Assembly (NCBI GenBank): GCA_965203175.1
Contig: OZ241867.1
Coordinates: 2,176,001 to 2,240,000 of the forward strand
Direction of reading: 5' to 3'
DNA from: Candidatus Latescibacterota bacterium
GTDB lineage: Bacteria; Latescibacterota; UBA2968; UBA8231
Length of the DNA stretch: 64,000 nt
Shown: one piece after another, positions 28,301 through 35,744 of the stretch
How the letters are laid out: each line of letters opens with the position of its first letter
How positions within the stretch are numbered: position 1 is the first letter of the stretch
Notes under the pieces: generated by a model
Seen by the model: the letters and a program-made list of their open reading frames with translations, nothing else
Told to the model about the DNA's origin: nothing
Database searches by the model: none
Position numbers and translations under genes: made by a program

Positions 28301-28553
28301 ACCCGCTGACCTGGTCCTCGATCTTGACGACGATCGACTCCTCCACTTCCTCTGGTGTGGCACCGGGATAGGCCATCGAAACTTCAATGTGGTAGAAAGG
28401 GACCGTCGGCCATGCTTCGCGCTCTAGGCCGGTCAGCGACACCAGCCCGGCGGCGATGATAGCCCACATCAACAGATTGGCGGCTACACTGTTGCCCGCC
28501 ATGTAGGCGATCGGGCCGGATGGTTCCTTGTGATTGCCGTTGTCAGAGCTCAT
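25356..28553 (-). CDS. RND efflux transporter permease (AcrB/AcrD/AcrF family)
   Basis: VAANLLM, YPGATPEEVEE, GIIVDDAIVVAE, GVVVNDSLVM, RFRPIMLTSVTT. Confidence 0.95.
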   Translation of the reverse strand: MSSDNGNHKEPSGPIAYMAGNSVAANLLMWAIIAAGLVSLTGLEREAWPTVPFYHIEVSMAYPGATPEEVEESIVVKIEDQVSGLDDVKAVKSVAAPSIASVRIQMDSGTDMAQALDDIESAVNRIQSFPARAERPQFKEMTNRQSMIRLIVYGDVSERSLKELAHQIEDELTALPSVSQVEVSGVRKYEISIEVPLHRLRALGLTLTDIANTIRRSSLDLSAGSIDTRESQVRVRTLGQNYDQQDFEEIVLLTGTDGTVLRLGDIAEVRDGFQETDLIVRHQNHPAVFVEVYRADGEHVMDVATTVREHLANEVIPALPDGVGITIWNDESQDYEERADILLKNGILGLLLVLIALSLFLEIRLALWVAVGLAVSGIGALAAMLVLDVAIYAQSLLSFILAIGIIVDDAIVVAEHIQYERKRGTPGIVAAVRGARRIKVPLTFAVLTTVVAFVPLLFIPGGIGESWRALPIIMIAILLISLVESLLVLPNHLSHLHGPEWVPTNAFDRFFARIQGRVDVLLNRFVQGPLDRALRFATDQPVVTMAGAVGILVLSISLIWAGIVPTTLAPDVEGDFATVTLEMPDGATAPQTYEVAKELEAAGHRVIERISRNRPEDAPPLLTGVTAIVGQRPRVQGGGLNPEPTLNPEANVATIEFKLLGARQREISTVDFAQAWREEVGVLPYVRGITFSGKVIDLGNPVEAVLSHPDPERLVQIADSVVDGLRGIGGVYDVRSDHTPGIPEVQLELRPEARTLGLTLEELAGQARAAFFGAEAVRVQRGREEVRVYVRLPADERNSITDVEGYLLRTPSGAEVPVMSVASLNSGMSPPAIPRKDGQRVVTVTADVDPSVISGDEANSILANSILADLTALHPDLTYTFGGEQQQQLESLGALRRGFAIALIMIFVLLAIPLRSYTKPFIIMAVIPFGFIGVILGHWVLGVALSAVSFMGIFGLSGVVVNDSLVMIDFIDQKLREGTPVRTAIIEGAKGRFRPIMLTSVTTFLGFTPLILERAIQAQFLIPFAASLGCGILFVTAILMMVVPALSTIHLRLIASRGSSGFNSE

Positions 28554-29764
28554 GGTGTCGGGTCAACTTCCGTCAGGACGCGCATGCTTTCTGTGGCAAA
28601 CAGGATACCACCGGTGATGACGGCTTGGCCGCTTGCGAGTGTGCCGGTCACGTATACCTCGTCGTTGGTGCGTTGTAGGACCTGTACCGGAACGATACTC
28701 ACCACGCCGCCATCATTCACGATCCAAACCTCGTTGCCGGGTCGCAGCGCCGCTCGCGGCACCTGATAGTATCCATCCAATTCAAGACCCTCTATTTCCA
28801 CCTCGACGAATTTACCAACCAGAAGCGGGGGACTGCCGTCAAGAGGAACGGTTCCGTCCATCGGGCTACCTGAATGAATTGGGTCCGGTACGCGCACGAT
28901 CACGTCGATGGTGCGCGTTTGCTTGTCCAAGGATGCCTCGCCACGGTCCACGTAACCTTCCCAGGCATAAGTTCCGTCGCCGTACCGAGCAACTACGCGC
29001 ACTGCCACGGTCCGATTCCCGTCTCCCGCCGAAAGTGACCACAGCCCCGGGATCAAAGCCGCATCGGAATCGGACAAGGGGACGATTACTTCCACGGCAT
29101 CCGCGGCGAAAATCCGCGCGACGGGCTGGCCGGCCGCCAGGATTTGTCCCACATCCACGGATTCTTCCTGCACAAAACCAGCAAAGGGAGCAGTTACCTT
29201 GGTTCTGGAGAGGGCGAGATTAGCATCGGCGAGCCTGGCCTCGTCGCGGTTAAGCGCGGCCTGAGCCGCGTTCAACTGAGGTTCCCTTAGCGCGAGAGGA
29301 TTCGCTGTGGACGGCGAAGCTTCATCCCCTTGTCGCCCTGAGTAAAGTTCGTACTGTGCACGGGCAATCGATGCCTGTTCCTGCTCTTTAAGTAAAGCCA
29401 CTCGGCTGGCCGCGAGATTGGCCTCTGCTTCCTGCACCCGGTATTGATAATCGACCTCTTCGATGCGGAAGATCGTTTGGCCCGCCGCTACCCGTCCTCC
29501 GCTTTGAAATCCCGGATCCACCCAGACGATCTTGCCACCCACTTGCGGAACGATATCGATCTCCGCGCTGGGCCTCACGGTACCGGAGCCAAATACCGGT
29601 ATGGGTCCCGTACCGGCTGTAACTAGGCTAGTCTGCACGAACGGTACTTGGGGAGGCTGTTCGGTGCGGGTCGGTTCGGGTGCCAGTGAAATCAAAAAAG
29701 CAGCCAAACCAACGGAAACCACGATAATGACGCCGGCAATTATAAAACTGGATATGCGGGACAT
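28550..29764 (-). CDS. RND periplasmic adaptor (membrane fusion protein)
   Basis: N-terminal TM, PQVGGKIV, coiled hairpin, LSRTKVTAPFAGFV...VDVGQ, VPRAALR. Confidence 0.93.
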   Translation of the reverse strand: MSRISSFIIAGVIIVVSVGLAAFLISLAPEPTRTEQPPQVPFVQTSLVTAGTGPIPVFGSGTVRPSAEIDIVPQVGGKIVWVDPGFQSGGRVAAGQTIFRIEEVDYQYRVQEAEANLAASRVALLKEQEQASIARAQYELYSGRQGDEASPSTANPLALREPQLNAAQAALNRDEARLADANLALSRTKVTAPFAGFVQEESVDVGQILAAGQPVARIFAADAVEVIVPLSDSDAALIPGLWSLSAGDGNRTVAVRVVARYGDGTYAWEGYVDRGEASLDKQTRTIDVIVRVPDPIHSGSPMDGTVPLDGSPPLLVGKFVEVEIEGLELDGYYQVPRAALRPGNEVWIVNDGGVVSIVPVQVLQRTNDEVYVTGTLASGQAVITGGILFATESMRVLTEVDPTP

Positions 29765-29770
29765 GGCGAT

Positions 29771-31288
29771 TTACTCCGTGGAAGTCGAAAGAATACTCGA
29801 CCGGGCGCTCTGCTGGAGGGCTTCCCTTTCGTTGGCGGTCCACGCGCCGCCCAAGGCGCGGTGCAGCGCAAGACGCGCATACCCCAGATCACGCGCTGCC
29901 GTTGCCAGTACGGATTGCGTACCTAGGAAGGTGTGCGTCGCCGTCAGGAAAGACTCATAGTCCCCCACTCCAGAGACATACCGCTGCTCCTGTAACGCAG
30001 CTTCTGCCTGAGCCTCTTCCACTAGGGAAGCGAGTAACGAATAACGGCGGTGCCTGGCTTCCAGCCCCACAAGGGCGGCCTCAACCTCGTTGACCGCGGT
30101 TACCACCGAACGTCCGAAGGCGGCGGCAGCTTCATTTAGGCTGGCTTCGGCAAGCGCAACATTGCTGCGCAGCCGTGAACCTTGGAATACGGGGCCAAGC
30201 AGGTTCAGGCTCAGATTCCGGAACCATTGATCCGGATTAAACAGCTCACCTGACTCCGTACTTTGCAGCCCGATAGAACCAGACAGGGACAATTTCGGCA
30301 GCAAATCCGCGCGGCGGGCCCCAACTGTGTAGCGGGCCGCTTCCACCCGCTGCCTTGCCGCGCTGACGTCAGGCCGCTGCACCAGGAGATCGGCTGGAAT
30401 GCCTGCCGGAACGGGGTCGAGGGCTGTGGAAGATGTCAGGGAATCGGGCAGCAAATCCGCGAGGTCTGCGCGGTACCCTCCCAGAAGCACCCAAAGTCGC
30501 CCCTCGGCATCCGCCAGCAGCGCTTCGATTTGCGGCAACTCGGCTTGCGCATTGCGCAGATTCTGCCGTGCCGTAAAGAGGCCGCGCGTATCGGTCAGCC
30601 CGCGGTCATAAAGAGAATCGGCCAACGACTTCCGGTGCTGAAAGATTTCCACGATTTCGCCTGCTAGCCTCTGCTGATGGCGCAGGTTGACGATCTCCAA
30701 GTAGGTTCGCACGGTTTCGGCCAGCACCCCCATGCGGGCCGTCAGGTAGTCCGCTTCCGAAGCCAGCCGCTCGGCTCCGGCGGCGCGCGCGTCGTTGCGA
30801 TTGCGGCCCCAGAAGTCGAGTTCGTAGGCGAATTCCGCGCCAAGGGTGTAGGTAGTCAGGCCGAGCCGGTCGGGGATAGTTATACCGGAGGCGCTCAGGG
30901 CGTCTGAGCCCAGACCAACCTCTTCTAGTTGCGCTCCGATGCCCGCATTCGTGGGCGCATCGAAGTCGTTGACACCAACCGAAGGTTGAAGCAGTGGAAA
31001 CGCCGAGGATTTGGCGATGCGTTCCCGCGCCCTAGCCTGATCGACCCGGGCGACCGCCCCGGCTAGGTCGAAGTTCGAGGCAAGCACTGCTTCGATTACT
31101 TGGTCGAGAACCGGGTCAGCAAATGATTTCCACCACTCCAGCGGCTCGTATGAGCCGGCAACTTCACTGCCGGCAAACTCGTTGGGTAACTCCGCAACCG
31201 ATGCGGGAATCGGGGGAGGCTTCAGTGTAAGGGAACAAGCGGAGATGAGAGAGCCGACGATTACCGAAAACAGCAGTCTGATTGGCAT
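29771..31288 (-). CDS. Outer-membrane efflux lipoprotein (NodT/OprM family)
   Basis: Lipobox LISAC, WWKSFADPVLD..I, YELDFWGR, GIPADLL.QRPDV.AA, LHRALGG.W. Confidence 0.94.
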   Translation of the reverse strand: MPIRLLFSVIVGSLISACSLTLKPPPIPASVAELPNEFAGSEVAGSYEPLEWWKSFADPVLDQVIEAVLASNFDLAGAVARVDQARARERIAKSSAFPLLQPSVGVNDFDAPTNAGIGAQLEEVGLGSDALSASGITIPDRLGLTTYTLGAEFAYELDFWGRNRNDARAAGAERLASEADYLTARMGVLAETVRTYLEIVNLRHQQRLAGEIVEIFQHRKSLADSLYDRGLTDTRGLFTARQNLRNAQAELPQIEALLADAEGRLWVLLGGYRADLADLLPDSLTSSTALDPVPAGIPADLLVQRPDVSAARQRVEAARYTVGARRADLLPKLSLSGSIGLQSTESGELFNPDQWFRNLSLNLLGPVFQGSRLRSNVALAEASLNEAAAAFGRSVVTAVNEVEAALVGLEARHRRYSLLASLVEEAQAEAALQEQRYVSGVGDYESFLTATHTFLGTQSVLATAARDLGYARLALHRALGGAWTANEREALQQSARSSILSTSTE

Positions 31289-31605
31289 ATCGCTGACCTG
31301 GCAAAATTTAACTTGATGCTTTCAATTGAGAAGGCATCATCACAAATGCGACCACATCGGCTTGAGTCTTATCGGCAATAGATGAGGGGCAACCGTCAGT
31401 CGCAAGCACGTGGCCCTAGGATGTTCGATTTTACTCTAAGAAAGTCAGCCCGTCAACCCGCAAAAGGGGTGTTTCAGTTCCCACAAAGCCTTGCGCGCTA
31501 TTTCAACATTTTGACAGATTATCGCCAAAAGGTGTCTTATTCTGTCCATGCGTTAGCTGATAGACCGGAGCAGTGCTTCGCCTGTGCCGAAGCGGAGGGA
31601 AAACC

Positions 31606-32409
31606 ATGACCGATCTCACTCTGAGTGCCGAACAGATTAGCGAGTTTGAGGAAGACGGCTACCTCATCCTCGAAAACCTCTTGGACCGGGAGGACGCCGA
31701 GCGGATTCTGCGCATCGCCCGCTGCGACCCGCAGTTGGCCGCCGACGCCAAAGGCAACCAGAACTACGAGGGCGAAGGACTCGATACCCGGTTGGCCTAC
31801 CGTCCTGGCCTTGCCGACGATGTGTACAGCGCCTTGGCTCGCAGCCGCAGAATCGTCGAACCGCTCGAACAGTTGTTCGACGACCGGGTGCGCTACTACT
31901 ATCAGTTGCAAATGCTGAAAGATCCCCAGACCGGCGGGTGGCAGTATCACCAGGACTACGGCTACCACTACCAGCAATTCTTCTACCCTGCGTTCGCCAG
32001 TGTTATGGTCGCCCTCGATCCGGCCACCCGCGCCAATGGCTGCCTGAAAGTGGTCCGCGGCTCCAACCGCCTAGGTCGGCTCGAACACCAGTCCTCCGGC
32101 TCCCAGCTCATCGCCGATCCCCAGAGAGTTGCAATGGCGCTGCGAGAAATGGAGGAAGTACACTGCGAACTGGTGCCGGGGTCGGTCCTATACTTTCACG
32201 GCAACACCCTGCACGCCTCAGAGCCAAACCTCAGCTCGCAGCCGCGTTGGTCGCTTATCTACGCGTACGTGGCTGCCTCCAATACGTACGTCCTACCCGA
32301 CTGGCCCGACGACCAGTGTCCCCTGATAGAAAAGTGGGACGACTCCGCAGTGGACGCCGCTGCCCGGCGGCACTGGGAGTCCGTGGCGGCAACCAACAAA
32401 GGAATATGA
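31606..32409 (+). CDS. PhyH-family dioxygenase (canonical HxD)
   Basis: FEEDGYLIL, WQYHQDYGY, ANGCLKVVRGS, FHGNTLHASEPN...RW; GGAGG RBS. Confidence 0.92.
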   Translation: MTDLTLSAEQISEFEEDGYLILENLLDREDAERILRIARCDPQLAADAKGNQNYEGEGLDTRLAYRPGLADDVYSALARSRRIVEPLEQLFDDRVRYYYQLQMLKDPQTGGWQYHQDYGYHYQQFFYPAFASVMVALDPATRANGCLKVVRGSNRLGRLEHQSSGSQLIADPQRVAMALREMEEVHCELVPGSVLYFHGNTLHASEPNLSSQPRWSLIYAYVAASNTYVLPDWPDDQCPLIEKWDDSAVDAAARRHWESVAATNKGI

Positions 32410-33182
32410 GTATGGAGCATTCGAGAGCGAGCGATGCAATTGTTTCAATAGTTGTCTTTGCCTGCTGCGTTATCCGCGTCGTTCCTGGGGTGGCGCAGCC
32501 GGTTGATAATGAGAGAAAGGTGTACGTCGGCACTATGGTAGGCTTCTCTTTCGCCCAGGATCTGCACCATCAAACTTCTTTTACCGTCTTTAATACTGAA
32601 ATGACGGCTTCGGGCGATGTGGAAATGGGGTACGGAATTGGGTTCGCGGCCGTTGCGGGAAAAGAAATTTCCGATTATGTGGCGCTTGAACTTGCCGGTT
32701 CTTGGTCAAAACTGCCATGCGATCTGGTAGTTTCCCTGCCCGCCCTCTTGACGCAGACCCTTTCCGAAAGCGATTTTGGGCTGCCTTCCAGTTTCAGCTA
32801 TGATGGGAATGTAGTGTCACTTCAGTCGAAGATCGATCTGCTGGTTTACCCTACAAAGATGGCCGCGGGTTCCGACGGCGGCGCGAAGCCTTACTTGGGA
32901 GGCGGCGTGGGAATCGTGCGGTCGGATATGGACCTGGATATTGAAAAGGATGAGCCGACGCAGGCATTCATCGAGACGTTGGAGGAGGTGGGTTTTGCGG
33001 CACTGTTGCCGCAAAAGATAGACGAAAAAGGAACGGATATGCAGTTGAGCCTGCGCGCGGGCGTGAACGTGCCTTTCAACGGAATAGATTTGGATTTGGG
33101 ATGGCAGTTCTATAGAACGTACGTCGAAGGAAAAGACAATAATTCCCACGTGGCAGCCGGCATCCTGAAGTACGCGTTTTAA
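32406..33182 (+). CDS. Outer-membrane beta-barrel protein (OmpA/OmpW-like)
   Basis: ATGA overlap with the upstream stop, signal peptide, KPYLGGGVG strand, C-terminal ILKYAF beta-signal. Confidence 0.75.
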   Translation: MSMEHSRASDAIVSIVVFACCVIRVVPGVAQPVDNERKVYVGTMVGFSFAQDLHHQTSFTVFNTEMTASGDVEMGYGIGFAAVAGKEISDYVALELAGSWSKLPCDLVVSLPALLTQTLSESDFGLPSSFSYDGNVVSLQSKIDLLVYPTKMAAGSDGGAKPYLGGGVGIVRSDMDLDIEKDEPTQAFIETLEEVGFAALLPQKIDEKGTDMQLSLRAGVNVPFNGIDLDLGWQFYRTYVEGKDNNSHVAAGILKYAF

Positions 33183-33229
33183 GTGGCTGCGATCTTGCTG
33201 GCTACATGGACCGGTGCGCTCTCAGTGCT

Positions 33230-33258
33230 TTGACAGATTATTGATATGTGCCTATACG
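33230..33258 (+). promoter_or_regulatory. sigma70-type promoter of the LacI gene
   Basis: TTGACA-N17-TATACG. Confidence 0.55.
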
Positions 33259-33335
33259 TAAAGTAGCTCGTCGAGATTCGTCGGCCCTTCCGACGAAGTT
33301 GTCGCCTCATACGCCTTAATTAGTGATAGGATCAG

Positions 33336-34379
33336 ATGATGAAAAAAAAGCAAGCTACCATCAAAGACATTGCACGGGAGTTAAAGATTTCACATTCAAC
33401 CGTCTCGCGGGCACTATCTGAGGATCAAAAGGTGTCGGCATTGGTGGCTGAGAAGACTCGAAAACAGGTGCAACAAAAAGCCGCTGAGTTGGACTACAGT
33501 CCCAATTTGATGGCGCAGGGGTTTGTAACGGGGAAAACGGGTACTTTGGGTCTGCAGGCCTACGGGATTTCCGGGGAGACATATGGTGCTCAAACCGATC
33601 AAATTCTGCGGGCGGCTGACACGCATAATTATCAGATCCTAATAACCTTGACCTATCCCCAGAGTGGGTTTCATACAGCACAGACCGACCAGGATCAGGG
33701 GCGCGAGATCAAGCAGTTGCTTTCTCGGGGCATAGACGGACTGTTGATTCATACGCGGGGCACCAAAGGAGAGTCCGAGCGTATTTTGGATACCGTGCGG
33801 GGACGAGTGCCCGTGGTGACTTTTCCCTACCCAACTCAAAACCTGAGTGGGGTTGTGGAAGACGCTATGGCGAATTTTTGCGCGGCTACCGAGCATTTGA
33901 TCCGGTTGGGTCACGAGCGGATTGGGTTTATCGGAGCGGACTGGAATAAGAACGCCGTGGGTTCGGGCAAGGCCAAGGGGTATTTGCTGGCGATGCAAAA
34001 GCACGGCCTGACGCCCAAACGCATACCTGGCAGAACCTTTCCTAGAAAACCGACGCATCGCATGGGGAAAAGGCTCGCCGACAGGTTTACGGCTCTTGTG
34101 TGCCGGGATGATTACACGGCTATAGGCGTTTGTCGAGGGCTACGGAAAGCAGGTTTTCGCGTACCCGACGATGTGGCCGTGATAGGAAGCGGCAATATAG
34201 AGGTGGCCGAGTATGTGACACCAGCCCTGACCACCTTGGCGATCCCCTATGAGGCGATTGCCCAGGCGGCGATGGAGCTGATGCTGGAACAGCTTGAGGG
34301 GGAGGAGACGCCTCGGCAGATAATCGTGAGATCGCCTCTGGTCGTGCGAGAATCCTGTGGGGCGAAAAGTAGGAAATAA
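33336..34379 (+). CDS. LacI family transcriptional regulator
   Basis: ATIKDIARELKISHSTVSRAL HTH, LDYSPNLMAQ hinge, HLIRLGHERIGFIG, VPDDVAVIG, PALTTL, LVVRESCG. Confidence 0.95.
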   Translation: MMKKKQATIKDIARELKISHSTVSRALSEDQKVSALVAEKTRKQVQQKAAELDYSPNLMAQGFVTGKTGTLGLQAYGISGETYGAQTDQILRAADTHNYQILITLTYPQSGFHTAQTDQDQGREIKQLLSRGIDGLLIHTRGTKGESERILDTVRGRVPVVTFPYPTQNLSGVVEDAMANFCAATEHLIRLGHERIGFIGADWNKNAVGSGKAKGYLLAMQKHGLTPKRIPGRTFPRKPTHRMGKRLADRFTALVCRDDYTAIGVCRGLRKAGFRVPDDVAVIGSGNIEVAEYVTPALTTLAIPYEAIAQAAMELMLEQLEGEETPRQIIVRSPLVVRESCGAKSRK

Positions 34380-34607
34380 TCGGCATTGTGCGACTCAAGG
34401 CCGGACGCAGCCCTAGGCCCTAACTGCCCCGTCCCGGCTGTTTCCAAATACTAGCCGGACCAAATTATCACCATATTATCATAAAAACAGGCCGTAGAAT
34501 CACTGTATTGTCACAGCATTTTTTTAGTATATAGCTGTGGCAAATCAGAATCAGACTGAGTCACTCCCCTTGACTTGACAGCGTAGCGGGAGAGCAGATA
34601 TATCTGA

Positions 34608-35492
34608 ATGCAAACGTATGAATATATGACGACGCAGAGAATTGTAACGGAGGGGGCGGGTACTTTAGGTCTGCTGACCTACCAAATTTCCCGGGAGACC
34701 TTTGGCCGTCAGACCGATCAGATTCTGCGGGCAGCTTACGAGGAGCAATATCAGGTTGTGATTAGCCTGGCCGCTCACCGGACGCCTCTGGCTCCAATGG
34801 ACGATCAGGCCATGCAGATCAATCAGTTGCTTTCCCGAAGCATAGACGGACTCTTGATTAATACGCGAGGCGACGAAGAAGAGTCCGAGCGCATAGTGAA
34901 CACCGTACAGGAGCGAGTACCGGTGGTGACGTTTCACTATCCGACTGCAAACCTGAGCGGGGTCGTGTTGGACAATGCAGCGGATTTTTTCGCGGCCACC
35001 GAGCATTTGATTCGATTGGGTCACGAGCGGATCGGGTTTATCGGCCCGGACTGGGATGAAGCCAGCCCGGTTTCAGCCAAGGCCAAGGGATACTTACTGG
35101 CGATGCAAAAGCATGGCCTGCCGCACGAATTCGTCCCAGCCTTGGGCATCTATGCGAAGGGGGGACATCTACAGGGAAAAAGGCTCGGCTATCGGTTTAC
35201 GGCTTTTGTGTGCCGGGATGATTATACGGCCATGGGCGTTTGTCGTGGGCTGGAGGAGTTAGGTCTTAGCGTCCCCGAAGAGGTGGCTGTGGTGGGTAGC
35301 GGCGATATCGGTGTGGCGGCGATTGTGACACCGACGCTGACGACATTGGCAACTCCCTACGAGGCGATTGCCGAGGCGGCGATGGAGCTGATGCTGGAAC
35401 AGCTTGAGGGGAGGCAGGATGAGCCTCGGCAAATAACTTTGAAATCGCACCTAGTCGTGCGGGAGTCCTGCGGGGCGAACAAGAAAAAATGA
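34608..35492 (+). CDS. LacI-type effector-binding domain lacking the HTH (diverged partial duplicate of 33336..34379)
   Basis: Similarity begins at the hinge (IVTEGAGTLGL vs FVTGKTGTLGL) and runs to LVVRESCG with no stop or frameshift; no HTH coding sequence upstream. Confidence 0.75.
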   Translation: MQTYEYMTTQRIVTEGAGTLGLLTYQISRETFGRQTDQILRAAYEEQYQVVISLAAHRTPLAPMDDQAMQINQLLSRSIDGLLINTRGDEEESERIVNTVQERVPVVTFHYPTANLSGVVLDNAADFFAATEHLIRLGHERIGFIGPDWDEASPVSAKAKGYLLAMQKHGLPHEFVPALGIYAKGGHLQGKRLGYRFTAFVCRDDYTAMGVCRGLEELGLSVPEEVAVVGSGDIGVAAIVTPTLTTLATPYEAIAEAAMELMLEQLEGRQDEPRQITLKSHLVVRESCGANKKK

Positions 35493-35560
35493 TCGAAAGG
35501 GCGCGCATTGCCCCGAGTGAGGGCGTGCCCTATATTGTAGAGACATTGAGTATATAGCTT

Positions 35561-35640
35561 CCGTTGGGGGTGGCCCGGTAGCGGGCCTGAGATTGAGACC
35601 CTTCGAACCTGAACTGGATCGTGCCAGCGTAGGGAAACGG
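35561..35640 (+). ncRNA. TPP riboswitch
   Basis: P1 CCGTT/AACGG, GGGGTG..CTGAGA..ACCCTTCGAACCTGAACTGGATCGTGCCAGCGTAGGGAA core; upstream of TBDR and thiN. Confidence 0.95.
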
Positions 35641-35663
35641 ATGCCGTACGCACCGCGTACGCA

Positions 35664-35695
35664 CCGCTGGCCCATTCAGGGCGGGCGGTTTTTTT
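35664..35695 (+). terminator. Intrinsic terminator (riboswitch expression platform)
   Basis: CCGCTGGCCC-ATTCA-GGGCGGGCGG followed by T7. Confidence 0.8.
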
Positions 35696-35744
35696 GTGCC
35701 CCTCGACGGATTTTTCCGCAAATGCAAGACGAGGGAGCAAATCT

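Noticed and set aside
31314-31339. Imperfect palindrome upstream of the RND operon as an operator
   Set aside because: Imperfect, single occurrence, and no adjacent TetR/MarR regulator.
31938-32405. N-terminal half of the 414-aa ORF
   Set aside because: Overlaps the PhyH gene in another frame; the beta-barrel protein starts at the ATGA overlap at 32406 (or 32412).
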